NCBI GenBank assembly: GCA_965645245.1
Contig: OZ287068.1
Coordinates: 2,542,001 to 2,606,000 of the forward strand
Direction of reading: 5' to 3'
Length of the DNA: 64,000 nucleotides
Source of the DNA: Massalongia carnosa
Lineage: Eukaryota
In this document: one piece after another, positions 55,001-64,000 of the stretch
Position numbering within the stretch: the first letter of the stretch is position 1
Layout of the letters: the number at the start of each line of letters is the position of its first letter
Translations under genes and position numbers: made by a program
The notes under the pieces: model-generated
What the model was told of the DNA's origin: nothing
Seen by the model: the letters and a program-made list of their open reading frames with translations, nothing else
Databases searched by the model: none

Positions 55001-55614
55001 CGGGTTAGTTATGTGACTACTCTGTAGCTAACTCCTTTGGAGGTTTCCGTACTTCGCCGTTGGATTGCCGGACTGACTGGATGCATAGAAAAGCGGACTT
55101 GGTCCAATGAGGGTTTGCTATCCTTCATGACCCAATATCCTCAAGTTCGCTCGTAAACAGGCTGGTACAAGAGACTCCGATTCATTCTTGGATGGTTTGT
55201 CTATAATGGCTGTAGGCTATAACCCAGCTCTATATTGCATCATATATGTACTAAAACCTTTGAAGACAAACTCAAGGTCGTGGACTGGAGGCCATGCGCA
55301 ATATCCGATGCACACTTTTCCGCTCCGCCCATTTCCAAAGTAAAACCCACTCACCACCCCTTTCTTCCGTGTAAACAAGAGTTGATCTCAAAACGCAGAG
55401 TTAACCCAGTCCCTTACCTCACTCCATCCCAGGCTGTCGAGGTCACAACATTAGCATTAGAGCAGCACCAAAGAGACGTCAGGTACCATTTCTTCCTTCC
55501 TGCACGAAGTACATATGTTAATAGGAATCCAGGAAAACTATTCTTGTTGAATCCCTTGCAGCCATTGCCCAAACCGAAAATCCCAACGCAAACACTAGCC
55601 CACCACCGAGCACC

Positions 55615-55950
55615 ATGAATCGCCAAGCCCTCCAAAACGCCTGTAAAACCCGATGGCAACCTTTTTCCTTCAAACCCCTTGCACCATCCTCGCCCGAATC
55701 ACTGTGGGTGTCTACCCGCAAAAACTCGATGTCCGGGACCCATGACGCGGTACATTTCATTGAAGAGGCGATTGGTAAGCTGGAGCAGTACGATCAACAT
55801 GCGAAACAATCTCTGCAGAAATACTATGCTCTAAAGCAGATGATTGCAGAGAAGGAAGCTGCGGATGCTCCGCAGACAGTCTTGGAAACTACAGCGGAGC
55901 CACCGAAGAACGAGTATGACGCTAGCCGCGACCCGCGGCTTCGACGATGA
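55615..55950 (+). CDS. Small hypothetical coiled-coil protein ending in YDASRDPRLRR
   Basis: 111-aa ORF with a helical segment (FIEEAIGKLEQYDQHAKQSLQKYYALKQMI) and a DPRL-type C-terminus. The true start and any upstream exons are uncertain. Confidence 0.4.
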   Translation: MNRQALQNACKTRWQPFSFKPLAPSSPESLWVSTRKNSMSGTHDAVHFIEEAIGKLEQYDQHAKQSLQKYYALKQMIAEKEAADAPQTVLETTAEPPKNEYDASRDPRLRR

Positions 55951-56930
55951 GGTCTGGTTGAAGCGGTCTTAAAGAAGAAAGTAGGTAACCGCGTCATCGC
56001 TGAATCATTGCGCAATTCCGCTAGGCTTATCGCTGACTTGCCCTCTGCTAGATTCACCAAACGATATAGGCTGATGGCCTTTTAAATTGCATTAAGGCTG
56101 GAGAAGCGCCGACCATGGAAGCGGAGGAAGATAAATTGCTTGTATTTTAGTTCTTCAAAAATAACACCAGGAACCAATCTTGCCATCAGAGAAATCTAGC
56201 TTTTCCAAATCTTGAAATCCGCCCGAACCCAGTATTTGAGTTCCTATCATGGAACGTCGAAATCCGGTATATGGGCGCTGCTAACTCTCAATTCCAAAGC
56301 CTCAAGGGATTTTAACCGTAAAGCCTCTCAGCTTCTTCCTCGACCGAGAAAGCTTAACGCGATTAACGATGTATTACTAGCTAATCGCTTCTGGGATCTA
56401 CCGTGGAGACCCATAGGTGATCACTACTTGCGGCTCTGTGCCTCCTCATGGATGTTGTCATGCGGAAGCCTCTTGACCCTGTTGGTATCGTGAATTTGGA
56501 AATTTTTCTCAGAATAGCAGGCATGCTATGCTGGCTTGTGTGGCTGAATTTTGCACATGGTAGATTTGGTTAGAAGGTGTTTCGGAGAAGGGATGAAGGT
56601 GAGAGAGGGGTATGATGGAGAACGGAGTCGATTATTCACAGCCGTGGCCGGACTAACTCCGAACTAGATGTAGAGAGTATATGAATAATGAAATATTCGT
56701 AGCTCAGATATATTGAAAAATGACTCGAGAAATGCTAGCAATACACATTAAGCTTTGCGGCTTGGGAAGACAAATAGTAAGAATACACACAATATAGCAC
56801 AAATGGGTCTCAACATTAAGGAAATATAAACCATCGAAATCTCCCTTTTCAACTAAATCCAAACGAACCTGTCAATGGTCAACTTCCCTAGTTTCCAATA
56901 CATCCCCACACCCAGAACCTCCCAGTAAGC

Positions 56931-57683
56931 CTAAGCCCTCCCATTAGCTTTATCCTCCTTCTTAGCGCCACCGTTCACCTCCTCCTTCATATCCCCAACG
57001 CTACTCCCCCTCTCTTCCACTTGACTGAACCCCACCGCATGCTCCCTCCTGCCTCTCTCCAAGCTCGCCTCCCTCGCATCGGGCACCGACCGCCCCTCCA
57101 GATGCCATTGCTGAATGCTCCGAATGATGTCCACTGCTAACTGCCCGTTCCGCCCCAGCGCCTTCTCCCAATGGGCGGGAATCGAGTCCGCAAGGGTCAA
57201 GAACCGCGCCACGCTCCCCACCATCATCTCGCGCATCGCGTTGTCCTCCTCCGTGTTCGCATACACGTACTGCACGCGCCTCAAGCCGGGGTAACTCTCG
57301 TTGTTGTGGTAAAACGCGCGCACGGTCTCGACGACGTCGTCGCTGAGCTTGGACACCTCTAGCCGCTGCGCCAGGAAATAGAGGTCCAGCAGCGGCCCCA
57401 CGTCGCGCTCCTCTTCCGGGTAGCGCAGCGCGCGCGCGTACAGCCAGCCAACGAAGAGTTCAAATGGCTGGTCGTCGGTGTCGGGCAGGCCGAAGGATTT
57501 TGACGACGCTGAGGGCTTGGATTTCGTGTAGAATTTGCGCGCGAAGAAGGGGGAGTGGTGGCACAGGAGCTTCTCGTGCAGAGTCCAGTGCGTGGCGTCC
57601 GGGCCGACATAGATGTCGACGAGGGAGGAGGTGAGAAGTTCGTGTAGGGGCTTTTCCTCCTTTTCGGGGGGTGGAGAGGACAT
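56931..57683 (-). CDS. BTB/POZ-domain protein
   Basis: VDIYVG...WTLHEKLLCHHSPFF...LPDTDDQPFELFVGWLY...LLDLYFLAQRL, with strong GC3 bias. An upstream exon is possible. Confidence 0.88.
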   Translation of the reverse strand: MSSPPPEKEEKPLHELLTSSLVDIYVGPDATHWTLHEKLLCHHSPFFARKFYTKSKPSASSKSFGLPDTDDQPFELFVGWLYARALRYPEEERDVGPLLDLYFLAQRLEVSKLSDDVVETVRAFYHNNESYPGLRRVQYVYANTEEDNAMREMMVGSVARFLTLADSIPAHWEKALGRNGQLAVDIIRSIQQWHLEGRSVPDAREASLERGRREHAVGFSQVEERGSSVGDMKEEVNGGAKKEDKANGRA

Positions 57684-58729
57684 TGAGGGACGGGGGTCGA
57701 AGGAAGGAGCTATGATTGCGGGTTTTGTTGGTGGGGGATCTGCGAATGTTGGACTGAGGATGTAGTGTTAATGCTATGCTATATACTTTGTAGATGTGTA
57801 TTAATTAGATGAATGAAGAAAAGGAGAAAGGAGGAGAAGATAGAAGGACGTTGGAACCAGAGGCTGGGGAAGCGAACCTATCCGGTTTTCCTTGGAGGTG
57901 GCTGGGCGTTTTATGACGTCTGACGTCTGTTAGCTCGCTTCATAACAGTTGGTTAGGAAGTTACCGCTCGCCTAAGCCACCATAGTGATATCACGTGCTC
58001 GTTCAACGTCTTTCCTCATGTATGACTTTCGCCAATATTTTGTGAAAACACCAGAAAGTTCAATTGCTAGAGATTGCTACAGCCTATAGTTCTTATTAAA
58101 GGAACTTAGCTAACACTTGAACCTGATATTCAGCCTTGGTCATGAAAAAAGCTTTGTTGAACGAGTTATGACTCTCTCTACGAGTTTCCGCGGGCGAACT
58201 GAGTTGATTTCCTTACTGCGTATTGCTGGTTTCTCTTAAGTGGGTGCTCCTAGCCCTTTAGGTGCTATGGATGCTGTAGAAAGGCTATTCGCTTTATCTC
58301 GTTATGGGGCGGGTCTTGAGTATTGTTCGGAGATGATGTTGGAATGTCATTCTGGAGCAAAGGTTTGGCTGCTGAGAGGCGGCATATGAGCGCGAGCAAG
58401 TGCGCCAAGAAATTATGGATCTTGATCTGGCATCTCCATCTATCTAGTCAACTCTTAGAGTTTCTTGACAGTGTTCTTCGGGGCCTTCTAAACTTTCGTT
58501 TTCTTTATGTTTTAATTTTGATTACCATCTTCATCGGAATTTAGAACACTTAGATTAGTGTCATATGTACATGTTTGCTATGTTCGGGCTGGTTTAGCAC
58601 ATCTATCAGTTCAGCCTTTTACCTTTAAAGCATTCCCGTTTCATCTTCCTTCATCTTTTCTCAACGCTCCTTACTACAAGAAAATCCCTTAAAATCTTTT
58701 GAACTTAAGGAACTGTTGGTACTTTGATA

Positions 58730-59074
58730 ATGGAAGACTTACCGAGCATCCGGTTTAAAAGTTCCTATAGTACACCTACCGATTTCCATCCTAACCTTTG
58801 TGCGAAGCTCCTATCCAAATATAAGATTCGTGAGAGCAGGAATGTTTCTTCTACGACATCTATCCTGGACAACTCCAATTTTCGGGCTATCCTATTGTGC
58901 AGCTCACTTTCAGTTACAAATGACAGTACTCTGTGCAATCAACTCATGCAGCATGTGGGTTCTGGCGGCTCAATTATCTTGACTAATCTGTGCGATAGCC
59001 AAGGATATAACCATGGTTTCGATGATCTTGCCAAAATCTTTGGGATTCAAGCTGCATGGGACAGGCTGACGTGA
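58730..59074 (+). pseudogene. Truncated hypothetical gene fragment
   Basis: 114-codon ORF with a beta/alpha pattern (FRAILLCS...QLMQHVGSGGSIIL...AKIFGI) that ends about 180 bp before the AATC array. Confidence 0.25.
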
Positions 59075-59253
59075 CTCCATTTCATAGCTTCCTGCCATTT
59101 CGGCCACCCATCCATTCGCTTTCCCAACTTCTGTCCTCATTTCCTCTTCTCCTATCCATGCACTACCTATCTTTCCGAGTTCCCCCCATCCCCCACCCCT
59201 CCCCTCCATTTTCCGCCGAAATATCTACCTACCTACCCAGGATCAGCCCACCA

Positions 59254-59484
<231 letters not shown>

Positions 59485-59852
59485 GCTGTTTTCTAACTCT
59501 AGTGCTGTATGTAGCGGTTAGTAGTCAAGGGGAAACAAAAACTCAATGATTCCCCCCCACCTCCTTAGAATCGGCGGTTCGGGATGTTATGAAGAATGGT
59601 GATGCCTAATTCTATCAGATCTGGAGGCCTTTGGCAAGGCGGGGGGAGGGAGGGGGTGCATGGGGTGTTGAGTGGTAGAGGGTACAAGGTTAAACTGAGC
59701 AAATCGTGAAGGGTTTGGATGTTTTCTAGTGTGGGGAGAGCATTATAGAATTTCCTTGCTCAATGAAGAACCTATAAAATAAAACCTGCCTATCTACCTC
59801 TCTACCGCACCAATGCGTCTCACACGCTCCAAACAGTCCTTTCCAGAAGCCG

Positions 59853-61006
59853 TCATGAGAGCGGCTCATCCTCGAACAGCTTCTGCATCTCCTCATACCC
59901 CTTCGTCAGCCACACACCGTCGTCAGGCCCGAGGACGTCCGCGCCCCGGCAAATTATATCTGACTCGAGCGCCTGCCGCGTAAAATCTGCTGCCTTCTTA
60001 AGCAGTCTGTCCCTTCTAGTCCGGTCGGTTCCCAAAAGCAGTTTGCGTGCTCGTGTGAAATAAAAAATGAACGCGTCACGATACGCGTCGGTAAGAGTCA
60101 TGTCGATGAGCTCTTCTTATTGAGTAGGTCCATGAGTTCCACAAGAAAGGGGAGGGCATCCTTGCTATGGTACATTGATATGGCGAGCTGAGGGAAGTAC
60201 TTGAACAGCTCAATTTGCTGGCTGAGCTGCAGCATGCGGCTCCGACGATACTCGCTAGCTTGCCCAAATGGAGTGTCTGTCAGATATGCCTTGCATTTGT
60301 AAGGGAACTGATACCTTTTGAATTGTCTAAGTCGCTATTCACGAGTCCGAAAGCATAAGTGATAGCTGATCGTAACTTCCTGCTCGACGTGGATATCGCT
60401 CAGAGCATGAATGGTACGATGGCCCAGCTTTTCATTCCATGAATGAAACGCGTTGGGAATGCAAGAATGATTGAAACGAGATGATTTGATAAAAATGCCG
60501 GCATTGGGTCCCACTTCGACGCTGTTTGCCTCGAAGGTTCGCATGATCGGACTTAGAGTGGGACGATTAGGGCTGTGAAGGGTCATGAATGCCTCTCGAT
60601 CGCTTTGTGACAAGCCTTTCACCGCGGCTTCAACATTGACTTCTTGGCACGGTTTAGGCACCAGGAAAAGCGGTTCCTCGGCGAGGATCCGCTTACCCAG
60701 AGGGATATCAGCAACGGCATAGCAACCTAAACCTTTGCATGGGGATACCCGAACTTCGAGGAACTCATTGAGAGGGATGGTGGTGGCTGTCTCGCTTGGT
60801 TCGATCTTCAGCTCCTTTGGTTCGGTAACGATTTTATGCATCTTTGATGCTTCACTCTCATCCTTCACTGTCTTCCTTTGTGTCTTGATGGCAGAATCTA
60901 GGTCCTTGGTGGAAAAACCTTGGTCATGTTAGGTTAGCTGCTAGGAGTGATATTATGGGAAGTTACCTGATGTGACTTTCTCCAGATTTGGGATAGGCTG
61001 GAGCAT
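59853..61006 (-). pseudogene. SET-domain (SMYD/Set5-like) lysine methyltransferase pseudogene
   Basis: KGLGCYAVADIPLGKRILAEEPL, SRFNHSCIPNA and EVTISY. Premature TAG at 60335-60337, post-SET CxCxxC degraded to YKCKAY, and a frameshift near 60115. Confidence 0.75.
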
Positions 61007-61775
61007 GGTAGGACTGATGGCGAAATTCTCTGGTGGATCGGTCGTTTTAACAGTAACATGGTCTTTTCCTAGTTGGGTGATGTTTGCTACTTTATTGCAT
61101 CTTTAGTATCCTGGTCATGATTGAGTTTGGACCGGTGCTTTACAGCACTAGCCTCTGCGGTCACCCTATTTCGCCGCCGCTTCGCTGCCGAAGGTCTCCT
61201 CCTAGGCATAGTTGATGACAGGCAAGAAAGAGAGAAATGTAGTAGGGATATGAGTAGGATGATCTATAAACCCAAATATGCCAAATGATCTAAATGGTGT
61301 AGCTTACTGATTTGATATTCTTCTAAACAGATTGAAAGATTTAAAAAATTTGTTAGAATTTATGGGCGCTATATAATAGCGTTTCTAGAGCTCGGCCGAA
61401 GAGACGCTAGATAAAGGAAGATATCGCTAGAACAGCGTCACTTTAAAATATATAGCGTATATATATAGCATGTATATAGCGTGTATATAGTATTGATAGA
61501 ACACAGTCAGGTAGAAAGATATCGATAGGGATGGAGCTGTATGAACTAGCTTGAAGATGAGAGATGCGTCCTGATTAATGACTCTTGTAACATTCATGAC
61601 TCCAAGACTTTAGGTACGTCTGGCCTACCTGGATCATCCCTCAAAATAACATAAGTGCACATGGAGGGAATATTGGATGGACAATCCTAAAGAGCGTTTT
61701 CATCGTTAAACCCTGCTCTGTATGGGTTTCCGTTATTCAACCATTATTGGACGATCAGGATTTAATACTTTCAAG

Positions 61776-62835
61776 TCAAGACCGATCACCATCTGCAAAT
61801 TTTGCTTGCCAAAACCCCCGGAAATGCTTCTTCAGACCAGCCTCTGCAATATCCTGGACCTCTTTAGGGGTCAACTTGAACGCTAGGGCTCTCAAGTAGT
61901 CGCTCAGACGCTGCTCTTTTCCACTGGTTGTGATCGCAACGATCCTTTGGTCAATGCACCACCGGAGTGCAATCTCCCCCTCGCTCACATAGTATTTGGT
62001 GGCTAGGCTTTTCAAAATAGTATCGCAAGGTCCCGGCTTCCCTTTTCTGATTGCAGTCAGGGGTCCATAGGCAGCCGTGGCAATTTTTTGGTTTGCGTTC
62101 ATGAATGGAATGAGATCGCCATGTTGCAAATATGGGTGATACTCGATTTGATTAATGCTGGGAGGTATTGTAGCGGTTTTCAGCGTGGCTTCCAGGTGTG
62201 GTTGTAAATAGTTTGACACTCCGATCGAACGCGCTTTGCCGGATTTCTTTACAACTTCCATCGCTGCCCAGGCGTTTTGGAGGTCGGCATCCGATTGAGC
62301 ATAAAAGGGGGAATGGATGAGATATCTACTTGTAAATAATTAACTTGGACATGTTATGGCTGACTGAACCCAGAAAACCCTACAGATCCACGTAATCTAG
62401 TTGCAATTTCTTTAAGCTGGCATCAATAGCACCCGGGATATTATTGATGTTCGTGATGACCTTGGTGGTCACAAAGAGCTTTTCACGTGCGACACCACTT
62501 TCCTTAACAGCTACTCCCAGCTCCGATTCCGTGTTGTACACCTCGGCTCCATCAAGATGACGGTAACCAAGTTTTATGGCTGTTTTGATTGCTTCTACCG
62601 TTGGTCTATCGATAGTATTGGTAGGGCTCTTAAACCAGGCTGTGCCAGCTGGGACATGGCATGAGATTCACCACATTTGACTATCATTGGTAAGCGACTA
62701 CTCACTGCCATAGCCAATCTAGAGTACTTGGATCAGCAATAGTCAGTGTAACTAAGTGGAACGGTAACTGACGAGAGGTATTAAAGTACCATCGTTAAGC
62801 TTTAACGATGGGATTTCGTTATGAAGATTTGCCAT
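61776..62835 (-). CDS. Aldo-keto reductase (NADPH-dependent ketoreductase), 4 exons
   Basis: IGYGTGTAW, GYRHLDGAEVY, LFVTTK, YVDLYLIHSP, RSIGVSN and NQIEYHPY. A 13-nt micro-exon lies at 62706-62718. Confidence 0.92.
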
Positions 62836-63200
62836 TCTAAACGTGCTGAGCCTTCGCCTAGGTGGAAAAGAAATCTTGCAGGATAGTACGACACAACTTC
62901 GATTTATAAATGATGCTAGCAAAGTTCCCATTGCCCTCCACGGGTCAGATTGGGGTTTTAAGAAGTTGCAGTTGCACTTGCGCTTGCATGCACTAGAGTT
63001 CCGCTGCTGCCGGGGACAACAAAGGGCCTACTCGTCGTAGTACTCTGTACTTAAGGATGATGTAATGACACTTAATGATGACGAATATGAATTGTCAATA
63101 GGCAATATTTCTTATGCGGTGAGCGATGAGCGTTATGAGCAATTTATGTTGCCATTCAGCACTAAGTTGTTTGATAGCCTTCGTGACGCTTGTTTCGTAC

Positions 63201-64000
<800 letters not shown>

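Overview
Eukaryotic DNA from a filamentous ascomycete (Pezizomycotina), judged from short GT-AG introns with CTAAC/CTGAC branch sites and the presence of veA. Intact conserved genes: delta-12 fatty acid desaturase (odeA/FAD2), TRAPP-II subunit Trs130, velvet regulator veA, long-chain acyl-CoA synthetase, O-acetylhomoserine sulfhydrylase (cysD/MET17), a MARVEL protein, a large Raf1/DIM-9-like WD40 protein, a BTB/POZ protein, an aldo-keto reductase and the 5' part of SelO/FMP40. Between them lie several gene relics (SET-domain, UIM-repeat, Mug135-like, membrane proteins), microsatellites and transposons. The transposons include a near-intact 1.86-kb Fot1/pogo element with 67-bp TIRs, a decayed piggyBac-like element and a ~200-bp MITE. 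The most unusual structure is a 640-bp non-coding retroposed insertion inside the piggyBac transposase. It has a 13-bp target-site duplication, a poly(A) tail, internal 59-bp repeats and a strand-specific 3' stem-loop. veA also has an elaborate upstream region (5'-UTR intron with a palindrome, a micro-uORF and a 14-bp tandem array). I see no convincing novel multi-gene system. All family assignments come from motif recognition, not database searches.
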